64,000 bases of DNA from a virus, in the IMG/VR virus record IMGVR_UViG_3300045282_000112, positions 1 to 64,000 of that record; one strand, written 5' to 3'. Position 1 is the stretch's first letter. Every line of letters starts with the position of its first letter. The notes under the pieces are model-generated. The model ran no database searches, was not told the origin of the DNA, and was given only the letters and a program-made list of their open reading frames with translations. Of this stretch, positions 17,308 through 27,027 are shown one piece after another. The translations under genes were made by a program, and so were the position numbers.

Positions 17308-17513
17308 CCAAGACCGCCAACCCGGTCGCCAGCGGCAACCACGGGATCGACAGTTCGCCCCGCCGGGGCACCGTCGAGGTCTACGACCGGGGCGAACTGC
17401 TCTGGCTGATTGCCGAGAACGTCCGCCGCAAGGGTGCCGACCTCGACGAGCTGGCACACATCGCCGCGCTGACCGAGGCCGAGCTGGCCGACATCCGCAC
17501 CATGATCGACTGA
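17304..17513 (+). CDS. hypothetical early protein
   Basis: ATGA-coupled. Confidence 0.65.
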   Translation: MTKTANPVASGNHGIDSSPRRGTVEVYDRGELLWLIAENVRRKGADLDELAHIAALTEAELADIRTMID

Positions 17514-17520
17514 GAGGAGA

Positions 17521-17739
17521 ATGACCATGAGCAAGCGCCTCCCCGCCCGCTACTGGCAGGCCATCGTCTGGATCGCCGCCAACGACGACAACGAGTGGCT
17601 CGATGACGAGCATGGTAGCCCGAGCGTGACCCTCTCGCTCGTCACCGACGTGTTCAACGTGCCTGTTGAGCAGGCCACCGAGCATCTGCGCAAGGCGCTT
17701 GGCCTTGAAGCAGCGTTCCAAGCCAAGAGAGGAGAATGA
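17521..17739 (+). CDS. hypothetical early protein
   Basis: GAGGAGAATGACCATG start; Y..AI.WIA.NDD pattern. Confidence 0.7.
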   Translation: MTMSKRLPARYWQAIVWIAANDDNEWLDDEHGSPSVTLSLVTDVFNVPVEQATEHLRKALGLEAAFQAKRGE

Positions 17740-18005
17740 CCATGAGCTACTACATCGCGACCCGCACCACGCCGAGCGCCACCACGCCGGGCATCGCCTA
17801 CCGCAGCAGCATGCTGCACGAGCCCGCGAGCAAGGGTGATTTGGAGTGGCTGCGCAAGAACCACGACCACGTCGAGAAGGTCGACGGGGCCACCGCCCAC
17901 AAGTGGGTGAGGGACGGGCTGCCGCACAGCACAGGGCTCTACCTCGACTACAACTACTACCACAGGCTGGTCGTCAGGAAGGCGACCGAGGAGAAGGACA
18001 GATGA
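17736..18005 (+). CDS. hypothetical early protein
   Basis: GAGGAGAATGACCATG start. Confidence 0.7.
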   Translation: MTMSYYIATRTTPSATTPGIAYRSSMLHEPASKGDLEWLRKNHDHVEKVDGATAHKWVRDGLPHSTGLYLDYNYYHRLVVRKATEEKDR

Positions 18006-18298
18006 GCATACAGAAGTTGGTTGACGCCTACCGGCCCTACGACGAGCTGCGCTGGGCCGTCGAGGTGGTCGCCGCAGGGGGCGGGGGCGTCTTTTGGTGG
18101 GAGCCGATAGCCGCCTTCAACTCGCGCGAGGTCGCTGTGGACTACGCAAAGCGTAGCCGGGAGGCGGCGGACGACAACGACATGAACCTCGTCTACCGGG
18201 TGCGCGAGCGCGGCGACGACGACAGCTGGGTCGTGGTCGGCAGCCTCGCGGACGACCAGCGGCGGGTCAAGGACCGCTACGGGAGGGCGCGCGCATGA
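18002..18298 (+). CDS. hypothetical protein
   Basis: ATG 18002 coupled to previous stop; WEPIAAFN motif. Confidence 0.65.
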   Translation: MSIQKLVDAYRPYDELRWAVEVVAAGGGGVFWWEPIAAFNSREVAVDYAKRSREAADDNDMNLVYRVRERGDDDSWVVVGSLADDQRRVKDRYGRARA

Positions 18299-18765
18299 CC
18301 CGCTTCGTAGTGATGACGCGCTCGGCGCACATGCCGAACGCGTGCTGGGGCGTCTACCGGCGGGTGGCAGTGGTCGAGACCGACCTTCCCGAGCCGCTGG
18401 AGCCGACCATGATCAGCGCCCGTGCGAAGCATGTGATCAGGATCGTCGAGACGTGGGAGCGGCTCAACGTCGGCAAGACCGAACGCTGCGCCTACCGCAA
18501 GGCACTGGCTGAAGCCGAGGCGCTGGCCGAGAAGCTGAACGAGGCGGCGATGCGCTGGGTGGTGGAGTTTCGCTACGCGGGGAGGCCGAACTTCCTCACC
18601 GAGCGCGCCTTCTCCGGGGAACTGGCGGCCATCGGCTACGCCGAAGCCTGCTCGCTGGCCCACCCGACCGTCGACTACCGGGTGCGCGAGCTGGGTGCGG
18701 GCGACCGCTGGAACACCGTCTGGCAACGTGCACAAACACTTACACAGGAGAGCGTAAATGCCTGA
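18295..18765 (+). CDS. hypothetical protein
   Basis: ATGA-coupled 156-aa ORF. Confidence 0.7.
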   Translation: MTRFVVMTRSAHMPNACWGVYRRVAVVETDLPEPLEPTMISARAKHVIRIVETWERLNVGKTERCAYRKALAEAEALAEKLNEAAMRWVVEFRYAGRPNFLTERAFSGELAAIGYAEACSLAHPTVDYRVRELGAGDRWNTVWQRAQTLTQESVNA

Positions 18766-18949
18766 GACTGTTCATGTCTGCTCGATCTGCCAAGGACCCT
18801 ACATGGGCTTCGGCAACAACGCCTACCCGGTCAACGACGGGCGCTGCTGCGACGACTGCAACTCGACGACCGTGATCCCGGCGCGCATCCGCGCCATGAC
18901 TTCCCGAACTTCCCCGGGGAAGTCGGGGAAGTTGACAAAGAGCCACTAG
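18758..18949 (+). CDS. small Cys-rich phage protein
   Basis: CSIC....GFGNNA.PV..GRCCD.CN...VIPAR pattern; AGGAG RBS. Confidence 0.7.
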   Translation: MPETVHVCSICQGPYMGFGNNAYPVNDGRCCDDCNSTTVIPARIRAMTSRTSPGKSGKLTKSH

Positions 18950-18964
18950 CAGCCCCGTAGGCGC

Positions 18965-19010
18965 GAAAAAGCCCCGGTCAGGTGTCATCCACCCGGCCGA
19001 GGCTTTTTTC
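18965..19010. terminator. bidirectional terminator between early and late regions
   Basis: GAAAAAGCC...GGCTTTTTTC stem flanked by A and T tracts at the convergence point. Confidence 0.65.
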
Positions 19011-19167
19011 GTCTGTAGGGCCCTGCGTAGGGGCTGTAATGTAGCGGCGAAGCCTTGCTCGCGTCCAGCTCAGCTTCGCCGCCGCCACGGCTTGAACGCG
19101 CGGGCGGCCCCCGTTGGGGTGTTAGGGCGGGAAGGACCGCCCGCGCGCGCTTACCGCTTTCCGGGTT

Positions 19168-19680
19168 TTAGGTGAGGTTGCCGACGATGGCGGCGGTGTC
19201 GGGCCCCTGCTCGACGGCATCCATCGAGCCGATGATCGGCAGCGGGCCGAGGCTGCCCGTGATGGCAGCGAGATCGATGGCGGGACCCTCGACGGCATCC
19301 ATCGAGCCGATGATCGGCAGCGGGCCGAGCGTGCCGGTCGCCAGCATGGTGTCGTAGCCTTCGCTGGCTGCCATCGTGCCCATGAGGATCGGGCCGGGGT
19401 CAGTGGTCGTGAAGCCGTCGGGCACCGTCGCCGCATCGATAATCGACTGCGGCTGCAAATACTTGACCACGAACTCGCGGCCCATGGTCTCGGCCGTCCA
19501 CATGTTGGCGGCGTAGAACGAGCCACCCCACAAGGCGGCGGCACCGTCGCGGTCGATGTAGTCCACCTGCACGTTGAACAGATACTGCGTGCTGGGCTGG
19601 CTGATGCCTGGGGACATCGGTGCCTTGGGCGCAGTAGCGCCGAGCAGCACTGGCTTGTAGCGCTTGCCGTGGCGGATCAT
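19168..19680 (-). CDS. hypothetical protein with internal repeat
   Basis: LGPLPIIGSMDAVE repeated twice; last gene of late operon. Confidence 0.7.
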   Translation of the reverse strand: MIRHGKRYKPVLLGATAPKAPMSPGISQPSTQYLFNVQVDYIDRDGAAALWGGSFYAANMWTAETMGREFVVKYLQPQSIIDAATVPDGFTTTDPGPILMGTMAASEGYDTMLATGTLGPLPIIGSMDAVEGPAIDLAAITGSLGPLPIIGSMDAVEQGPDTAAIVGNLT

Positions 19681-19910
19681 CAGCCGGTCTTCCTGCTGCC
19701 CTGACCGTCTTTCAGCTCATCGACGATCTGGGCGACCAGCTCACGTGGCGGCGGCTGCTTGCCGTAGTCGGTAGCCTTCCACCACGCCTGTCGCGTCTTC
19801 AGCGTGAGCCTGAACCAATGCACGCCGCAGACCGCCCCCTCGCGCCCGCTGTAGGGCGAGCGCGTAGTGTTACCACAACCGGGGACGATGCACGGCATAC
19901 GGTCGGCCAC
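19680..19910 (-). CDS. small zinc-binding hypothetical protein
   Basis: CIVPGC...C..HW. Confidence 0.6.
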   Translation of the reverse strand: MADRMPCIVPGCGNTTRSPYSGREGAVCGVHWFRLTLKTRQAWWKATDYGKQPPPRELVAQIVDELKDGQGSRKTG

Positions 19911-19913
19911 CCT

Positions 19914-20252
19914 CTATTGCTCGACCAGCTTCATCGAAGTCTTGGGCATTGTCTCGGCACCGAGCACGTCGTCGATGATGGTGAGAAGCGTATGGCTGGC
20001 GGTCGCCCACGGGAAGTCCTGCACCGCCGCGACCAATGACTTGTGATCGTCGTCTTCCAACATGAAGTAGCCGTTGGTGTTCTCAGCCGTGATGCCGTCG
20101 AGCGCGTCGATGATGCGGACACGCTTGCGTATCTCGTCGACCGGTAGTGGCTTATGCGGGCTGTTGCTCGCCACCAGCCGCAGCACGGTGATCGACGAGG
20201 TAGGCTCGCTGCCGGTAGGCCCCTCTTGCACCCTGATCCTGATTTTCTTCAC
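19914..20252 (-). CDS. putative tail fibre assembly/chaperone-like protein
   Basis: GTG 20252 overlaps fibre stop; E.RKR..IIDAL...LED.D...L...V..FPW pattern; position after fibre. Confidence 0.5.
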   Translation of the reverse strand: MKKIRIRVQEGPTGSEPTSSITVLRLVASNSPHKPLPVDEIRKRVRIIDALDGITAENTNGYFMLEDDDHKSLVAAVQDFPWATASHTLLTIIDDVLGAETMPKTSMKLVEQ

Positions 20253-23200
20253 TATGCAGTCTCCCCTTTTTCGATTTGGCTCATCCAAGCGACCGCGAAC
20301 ATCTCTACTGCCAGCCATAGCCGGTTGACCATTTCGCCGACGCCCAGCTCGTTGTGTTTCCAGTCGCTTTCGGTTGGCATGCCCGGAAGCGCCTGCATCT
20401 CGCGCATCTTGGTGATGAATTTCTTCGGGTCGCGCGGGTCGACGCCCTGCTTCAAGAGCTTGGCAAAATGATGCGCGGCCTCGTGCTGCTTGCCGTTGCC
20501 CGCGACCGCGATCTTGTCCCACTTGTCCAGATCGACGCCGATGGCACCTGAGAGGAACTCGCTTTGCATCGCCATGCACGTCAACGCCACGCCGCTGTCA
20601 TAGACGGCGACCTGTGCGTTGAGCGTGCCTCCCCCCTTGTCGGTGCCAACGGGGTTGCCAACCTGCACGCCAAGCCCGAGCGTCATCACGTTGGTCGCAA
20701 CCCCAGCGTTGAAGGTGCGCAAATACATCTTGCTGGCGTGCGCGCCGCTGGTGAGGTTGGTGGTGTAGATCATGATCTCGCCGAAGGTGACGTTGGCTTT
20801 CGCCGCGTTGTTGCCTTGGAAGCTGATGTAGCCAAGGTTGCCAAGGACGGGCGTCGCCATAGTGCGGCGGATGACGTAGGCGGGGCTTGCACCAGTGCCA
20901 GCGGCTGTCGAGAGGGCCAAAAACCAGTTGGTCTGTATCGAATTGACAGCGGTGATGACCGACGGGTTGTTGAGCATGCAGTCGAGCCAGCCGATAACCT
21001 GACCCTTCGACACCACGACCGGGGGAGCGGTCGCCGTCGTGAAGTTGCCGATCATGCGGTCGGCGAGGACAGGCTCCAGCCGCGCCAGCTTGAGGCTGCC
21101 GGTGGCGTGCACCATGTCGGTTGAGGTGGCGAACGCCTTCAGGCCGCCAAGCATGGTTGACAGTTGCGCGGCGGTGATCTGGATCGGCGACGCGTTGCCT
21201 GCAGCGACGTTGCCGAGCACGTGGTTGGGGGCGATGGGCACCAGCCTGTCCAGCGTAACCCCGGCGAGCGGGAGGCGGGCATTGGCGAGTGTGCCGGTCC
21301 CATACTGGAGATCGGTCGAGCGCGCGAACTGCTTCAAAGCCATCGCCGCGTGCAGTTGGTCCATGCTGACCGTTTGGGCATAGTCGGTGGCGGTGCCGAC
21401 GTTGCCGATGACGCGCGCGGCGGCGATCTTCACCATGCGCGCGAACGGGATCGAGGCATCGGCGTAGCGCGCCACGGGGATGTAGCCGGTGATCAGGTCG
21501 GTGGCACTGCCTGACGAAGCGATGGCTGCCAGCGGCGCGCCGGTCGCGCCGCCGATGCCGAGCATGATCCGCACCTCTGCGGCGGTCAGTTGATACGGCG
21601 ACTTGGTGGTGCCGCTGACGTTGCCGAGGATGTGGGCGGTGGTGATGGCCGCCAGCTTGTTCAACATGACGCCTGCATCGGGCAGGCGTTGGTTGTTGAT
21701 GGTGCCGGTGACCAGATCGGTGGCACTGCCCGAGGTAGCGATCTTGGCCAGCCCGCTGCCCGCCGTGTCGAGGCCGAGCATGGTCTTCACTTCGGCGGCG
21801 GTCAGTTGGTAAGGCGACTTGCTGGTGCCGCTGACGTTGCCGAGGATGTGGGCAGTGGCGATAGCCTGCAGCTTGTTCAGCATGACACCAGCGTCGGGGA
21901 GGCGCTGATTGTTCAGCGTGCCGGTGATGATATCGGTGGCACTGCCCGAGGTGGCGATCTTGGCCAGCGTCGCGGTGCCGCCGCCACCTGACAGGTCGAG
22001 CATCGCGCGCACCTGTGCAACGGTGAGGGCGATAGGCGCTATTGCGCCTGCGGTGTTGTTGCCAAGGATGGTGTTGGCAGCCTGCACCGCGAGCTTGCCG
22101 AGCACCAGCGAATGGTCGGCGATGCGCGTCACTGGGATGTAGCCTGTGATCAGATCAGCGGCGCTGCCCGACGTGGCAATGGCCGCCAGTGTGCCAGTCG
22201 AGCCACCAAGGTTGAGCATCGCCCGCACCTCAGTCACCGTTAGCGGGACCGGCACCGCGTTGACCGTCAACGTATTGCCGACGAGGGTGTCAGGCGGGAT
22301 CAGCGCCAGCTTGGCGAGCAGGATCGTGTGATCGGCGAAGCGCGCTCCGGGGATGTAGCCCGCAATCAAGTCGGTGGCGCTGCCTGAGGTGGCGATGAGT
22401 GACAGCGTCCCGCTCGACCCGCCGAGGTTCAGCATCGTCCTGACCTGTGCAACGGTCAGCGCGGCAGGTGAAGCGTTCGCGGCTCCTGCGTTGCCAAGCA
22501 GCATGTTGGGCGCGATTACCGACAGCCTGCTCAACGCAATGGTGCCTGCGGCGTAGCGCCCTGCGGGGATGGTGCCTACCACCAGATCGTCGGCGCTGCC
22601 TGACGAAGCGATGGCGGCCAGATTGCTGCCCAGCGTGGCGATGCCGAGCATCGTCTTGACCTCAGCCACCGTCAACGCCTGCGGCTCAGCCGCCGTCGCC
22701 CCATCATTGCCGATGATGGTGTGGGTCGGGATCACCACCAGCCGCGCCAGCGCTATCGTGCCGTTGGCGTAGCGCGCGGCCGGAATGGAGCCTGCGATCA
22801 GGTCGGCGGCGCTGCCGGAAGTGGCGATGGCGGCCATCACGGTGCCCGCCGTGACGCCGAGCATTGCCTTCACCTCAGACACGGTGAGCGCCTTCGGCGA
22901 GGCAGCGGCTGCACCGTTGTTGCCGAGGATGGTGGCTGCCGAGATCACCGTCAGCTTGTTCAGCGCGATCTCGCCGACAGCGATGCGCGCCGCAGGGATG
23001 GTGCCAGTGATCAGGTCAGCGGCGCTGCCCGAAGAGGCGATAGCAGCCAGATTGCTGCCGAGGCTGGCGATGCCGAGCATCAACTTGACATCAGCCACGG
23101 TCAGCGCGACCGGCGCGGCAGGCGAGGAGGCAGTGTTGCCGAGCAGCGTATCGACCGGCATGATCGCCAGCTTGGCCCACGTGATGGTGCCCGTGCCGTA

Positions 23201-25231
23201 GCGCGCCGCCGGGATGATGCCCGCGATGAGATCGGCGGCACTGCCCGACGCAGCGATGTCGGCCAGCCCCGGACCTCCGGTGATGCCGAGCATCGCCTTG
23301 ATCTCACCCACGGTCAGCGCGACGGGTGGGCCGAGGTTGACGAGCGTGTTGCCGAGGATGGTATCAGGCGGGATCAGCGCCAGCTTGCTGTAGGCAATCG
23401 AGGCCGAGCCGTAGCGTGACGTGGGGATGATGCCGGTCACCAGATCGGCGGCGCTGCCAGACGTGGCGATAGCCGCGAGAGGACCGGTCGAGCCGCCGAG
23501 GTTGAGCATCGCGCGCACCTGCGCGACGGTCAGCGGGTAGGCCGTCAGGTTGCCGCCGCTGACGTTGCCGATGATGGTGTCGGTGGGGATCACCACCATC
23601 TTGCTCAATGGGATGGTGCCGGTGCCGTAGCGGGCTTGTGGGATGGTGCCGGTCACCAGATCGGCGGCGCTGCCCGTGACAGCAATGGTCGCCAAGCCTG
23701 CACCCGGCGTGGCGATGCCGAGCATCGTCTTCACCTGTGAGGGGGTGAGCGGATAGGGCGACAAATTGTTGCCGCTGACGTTGCCGAGGATGTGGTCGGT
23801 GGAGATCACCACCAGCTTGTTCAGCGGTATCGTGGCTGCGCCGTAGCGGTTGACGGGGATGAGGCCGACGATCAGGTCAGCGGCGCTGCCCGACGAAGCA
23901 ATGGCTGCCAACTGCCCACCCAGCGTGTCGAGGCCGAGCATCGCCTTGACCTGTGCAACGGTCAACGCTACCGGCGCGAGAGGGGTGGTGCCGGTGTTGC
24001 CGAGGATGGTGTCGATTGGAATGATGTGCAGCGCGGCCAGCGGCACCGTGCCTGCCTGATAGCGTGCCGCTGGGATGTAGCCGCTTGTCAAGTGCGCGGC
24101 ACTGCCCGAGGTGGCGATAGGAGCCAGCGTGCCGGTGCCGTCGCCGGTCCCGCCACCCGACAGGTCGAGCATGTCCCTGACTTGTGCGGCAGTGAGCGCG
24201 ACCGGTGAAGCGTTGGCACCGCTGACATTGCCGAGGATGCGGTCGTGGGCGATCACCGCGAGCTTGGCATAGGGCAGCGAGTGGTCGGCGATGATGTTGA
24301 CCGGCAGCGTGCCGGTCAGGTTGGCAGCGTTGGTGCTGGTTGCGAGCGGACCCACCGCCACGCCGTTGAGCATGATCTGCGCACCAGCATTGGCACCGCT
24401 GCGCAGCACGAGATCGCCCGCCGCCGTCGCGTGCGTCGAGCCGTAAGCGACGATGTAGGCACCCCGCGAACTGTCAAAGCCGCCGGGTGCCGCCGACAGG
24501 CCAATGTAGCCGGTCGTGGCCGCGCCGCTCTTGATCGTCATCAGGACGACGGGAATGCCGGTGGTGTTGGAGGTTACCTGCCCGCCGTTGAAGACCAGTG
24601 GTTGGGCACCCAGCAGGGAGAGCGTGGTGAAGTCGAGGTAGGGGCCGACCAGCCCCAGCGTCGCGCGCATCGCGGGGAAGGTAGCGTCGTCGAGCAATTG
24701 CCGCGCGCTCGGCGTGAACGGCGTCAGCGCCATCGTGCCGGGGCCGGTGAAGTAGCCGAGCGTGTTGGCAGCCGAGACGAGGTTGCCGAAGGCGATGACA
24801 TTCGGCTTGCCTGCGGCGGTGATGCCGAGCGCCGTCTGCCATGTCGCGAGGTTGGCGTGCGCCATCAGGCCGCGCGAGAAGGCGGTGGCCACGAACGTCG
24901 TCAGCGAGGCGGTCGAGGTGCTCGACCAGAACGGCACCTTGTCGGCACCCGGGATGATGGCTTGCAGCGCCGCGAGGTTGCCGGTGAGAGCTGTCGTGCC
25001 CTTGACGATGGCTTGCCGCAACAGCGTGTCGTCGCCCTCCACGTCGGGGATGGCGAAGTGATCGATGACGTGCCTGATCTGTGCAATGATGCCGTTGAAG
25101 TCGTGGTCCCGGACCTCAGTGTTCAAAGGGTCGGAATACCAGCGGCGCTGCGCAGCACCGCCTACCGGCGCGACAGGACGCGTTGCCGTAGAATGGTCTT
25201 TGTCGGCAGGATTGAGAACGCCGATTGGCAT
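20252..25231 (-). CDS. long tail fibre with ~70-aa tandem repeats
   Basis: 1659 aa after baseplate genes; N-terminal FNGIIAQIR...DD.LL..AI anchor; about 13 clear and 3 degenerate IATSGSAADL...ILGN...P.ALTVA.V..ML repeats. Confidence 0.85.
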   Translation of the reverse strand: MPIGVLNPADKDHSTATRPVAPVGGAAQRRWYSDPLNTEVRDHDFNGIIAQIRHVIDHFAIPDVEGDDTLLRQAIVKGTTALTGNLAALQAIIPGADKVPFWSSTSTASLTTFVATAFSRGLMAHANLATWQTALGITAAGKPNVIAFGNLVSAANTLGYFTGPGTMALTPFTPSARQLLDDATFPAMRATLGLVGPYLDFTTLSLLGAQPLVFNGGQVTSNTTGIPVVLMTIKSGAATTGYIGLSAAPGGFDSSRGAYIVAYGSTHATAAGDLVLRSGANAGAQIMLNGVAVGPLATSTNAANLTGTLPVNIIADHSLPYAKLAVIAHDRILGNVSGANASPVALTAAQVRDMLDLSGGGTGDGTGTLAPIATSGSAAHLTSGYIPAARYQAGTVPLAALHIIPIDTILGNTGTTPLAPVALTVAQVKAMLGLDTLGGQLAAIASSGSAADLIVGLIPVNRYGAATIPLNKLVVISTDHILGNVSGNNLSPYPLTPSQVKTMLGIATPGAGLATIAVTGSAADLVTGTIPQARYGTGTIPLSKMVVIPTDTIIGNVSGGNLTAYPLTVAQVRAMLNLGGSTGPLAAIATSGSAADLVTGIIPTSRYGSASIAYSKLALIPPDTILGNTLVNLGPPVALTVGEIKAMLGITGGPGLADIAASGSAADLIAGIIPAARYGTGTITWAKLAIMPVDTLLGNTASSPAAPVALTVADVKLMLGIASLGSNLAAIASSGSAADLITGTIPAARIAVGEIALNKLTVISAATILGNNGAAAASPKALTVSEVKAMLGVTAGTVMAAIATSGSAADLIAGSIPAARYANGTIALARLVVIPTHTIIGNDGATAAEPQALTVAEVKTMLGIATLGSNLAAIASSGSADDLVVGTIPAGRYAAGTIALSRLSVIAPNMLLGNAGAANASPAALTVAQVRTMLNLGGSSGTLSLIATSGSATDLIAGYIPGARFADHTILLAKLALIPPDTLVGNTLTVNAVPVPLTVTEVRAMLNLGGSTGTLAAIATSGSAADLITGYIPVTRIADHSLVLGKLAVQAANTILGNNTAGAIAPIALTVAQVRAMLDLSGGGGTATLAKIATSGSATDIITGTLNNQRLPDAGVMLNKLQAIATAHILGNVSGTSKSPYQLTAAEVKTMLGLDTAGSGLAKIATSGSATDLVTGTINNQRLPDAGVMLNKLAAITTAHILGNVSGTTKSPYQLTAAEVRIMLGIGGATGAPLAAIASSGSATDLITGYIPVARYADASIPFARMVKIAAARVIGNVGTATDYAQTVSMDQLHAAMALKQFARSTDLQYGTGTLANARLPLAGVTLDRLVPIAPNHVLGNVAAGNASPIQITAAQLSTMLGGLKAFATSTDMVHATGSLKLARLEPVLADRMIGNFTTATAPPVVVSKGQVIGWLDCMLNNPSVITAVNSIQTNWFLALSTAAGTGASPAYVIRRTMATPVLGNLGYISFQGNNAAKANVTFGEIMIYTTNLTSGAHASKMYLRTFNAGVATNVMTLGLGVQVGNPVGTDKGGGTLNAQVAVYDSGVALTCMAMQSEFLSGAIGVDLDKWDKIAVAGNGKQHEAAHHFAKLLKQGVDPRDPKKFITKMREMQALPGMPTESDWKHNELGVGEMVNRLWLAVEMFAVAWMSQIEKGETA

Positions 25232-25244
25232 CGCTGGTCCCTTT

Positions 25245-25931
25245 CTAGGTCGTTACCGCCATGTCCACCTTGCAGTGCGCGGGGACGTAGCGTTCGAGCA
25301 TGCAGTCGATCTCTTCCAGCGTGGCGAGGCCCAGCTTGACGTTGTGCCCGAGCTTGAAGTTGAGCACCGCCCCCTGCTTGAATGCAGGTGACATACCGGT
25401 GTTGATCACCACGTGGAAGGTGGAATAGACGTTAGGATATTGAGTATCGTGGCCAGTCAGCCAGCGACCCGTCGCCGTGTAACCATTGGCAGCCAACAGG
25501 TCTAACAGATATTTGGCCGTCGGTATTGCACCCACACTGTGCTGCACCTTGGCGCACAGCGACATATTGTATATGTCGCACTCGTCAGGGATGCCGAAGT
25601 CGGCGGCCCACGCATCGAGGTCCTCGTCCGACGTGGAGCAAATCCACTCGTCGAGGCTGATGCACATCGCGTCTTCGTAGTTCAGCCATGACAGCGCGAG
25701 CCCCGACATGAACTGCCGGATGATGCTGCCCCGCTCGTAGCTCGTCTCGGTGTTGTCCCACGCCGTGCCGCGTGGCAGCAGGTTCATGAACGCGAGGAAG
25801 CATGCGTCATGGTCGGGGCAGTAGGTGTAGTCGGACGGGACCGGCTCGCCTTCCAGCTCCGCTGGCGCAGGCTCCCAGTCGGCCACGTAGGTGTCTGGAC
25901 CAGCAGGCACTAGGACAAGGTCGTTGCTCAT
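25245..25931 (-). CDS. baseplate protein, Mu gp48/YmfQ-like
   Basis: LLPRGTAW, L..W..DFGIPD.C, C.LER..PAH; start at ATG 25931. Confidence 0.8.
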   Translation of the reverse strand: MSNDLVLVPAGPDTYVADWEPAPAELEGEPVPSDYTYCPDHDACFLAFMNLLPRGTAWDNTETSYERGSIIRQFMSGLALSWLNYEDAMCISLDEWICSTSDEDLDAWAADFGIPDECDIYNMSLCAKVQHSVGAIPTAKYLLDLLAANGYTATGRWLTGHDTQYPNVYSTFHVVINTGMSPAFKQGAVLNFKLGHNVKLGLATLEEIDCMLERYVPAHCKVDMAVTT

Positions 25932-27019
25932 GCGATGAACCGCACGGTGCCGAGCGTCGGCAAGCCGCCCGGTGAAGTGATCGGGATCACGATGTTGGCG
26001 CTGCTCGGGTAGTCGGTGAAGTAGTTGTGGCTGCGCACCCACTTCGGTGCCATCGCCACTGCCTCGTTGATCCACGCGAGGCTGAAGTGCGAAGGCTCGA
26101 TGGTGCTCGCGGGCTCGGCGCGGCGCATGAACATCGCCTTCAGTTCTTTCACCACGTCGTCACGCACTGCGCTGGTGTCGGGCACCAGTGCCTGCACTGT
26201 GACGTTGACCACTGACGGCACGGGCTTCGCGACGATGACGTTGGCGTCGCTGGGTGCCAACGTCTGCAGGATGACCTTCAGCTGTTCAACGTCGTTGTCG
26301 GCGGGGATGCCGTTGCCGACGCTGTCCATCATGAAGTAGATCGTCACGCTGCCCGGCTGTGGAGTAGCGCGCTTGACGAACACGCGCGTGATGCCCGCCT
26401 TGGTCTGGCACCACTCAACATATTCGGCAGGCGTTCCGCCGTGCGGCGGGTTCTGTTTGCGATACAGAATGCGCTGCCGAAAGCTGTCATCACTCTCGGC
26501 AGCGCGCCCCCCGATGAGGCCGCCGGTCGCGACAGTGAAGCCTGTCACCCCAGCAATTGGCGTCAACGGCGTGAGCGTAGCGCCTGCATCGGTGTTGGCA
26601 AGCTCACCCGCCGAGTAGGCGCGCATGAACAGCGTGAGCGTCGAGGTGGTGGCAGTGACGGTGCCGACGGTGATGAACGTCTCGCCGTCGGAGCGCATGA
26701 ACGCGGTGCCGTCGTAGACCACGACGCCGAGCACCGATGGCGAGGAGACCGAGCCCTGCGCAAAGCCGGGTGGATTGCGTGACAGGCCGCCCGCTTGGAT
26801 GCCGTGCCAGTCGAGGTAGTCGCCGGTCGCGGTGGTGACAAACGCCTGTTGATGAATGAACTCCAAGCGCAGGTAGCCCATGCGCAGCGCCTGCCCGAAA
26901 GCTTTCAACACGGGCACGAGGTTGTTTGGCCAAATCCAAGGATCGGTGCCAGCAACTTCGGACTGCACAGAATTGCGCAGGTCCTGAATGATCTCTTCTG
27001 TGCTTGGAGCGGTATACAT
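25928..27019 (-). CDS. baseplate J / Mu gp47-like protein
   Basis: TATG.YLD.HG, GG...ESD..FR.RIL...NPPHGG...EY..W. Confidence 0.9.
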   Translation of the reverse strand: MYTAPSTEEIIQDLRNSVQSEVAGTDPWIWPNNLVPVLKAFGQALRMGYLRLEFIHQQAFVTTATGDYLDWHGIQAGGLSRNPPGFAQGSVSSPSVLGVVVYDGTAFMRSDGETFITVGTVTATTSTLTLFMRAYSAGELANTDAGATLTPLTPIAGVTGFTVATGGLIGGRAAESDDSFRQRILYRKQNPPHGGTPAEYVEWCQTKAGITRVFVKRATPQPGSVTIYFMMDSVGNGIPADNDVEQLKVILQTLAPSDANVIVAKPVPSVVNVTVQALVPDTSAVRDDVVKELKAMFMRRAEPASTIEPSHFSLAWINEAVAMAPKWVRSHNYFTDYPSSANIVIPITSPGGLPTLGTVRFIA

Positions 27020-27027
27020 GCTGGTGC

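Noticed and set aside
19211-19329. About 40-bp direct repeat as att site or mobile-element end
   Set aside because: In-frame internal protein repeat; no integrase or transposase seen
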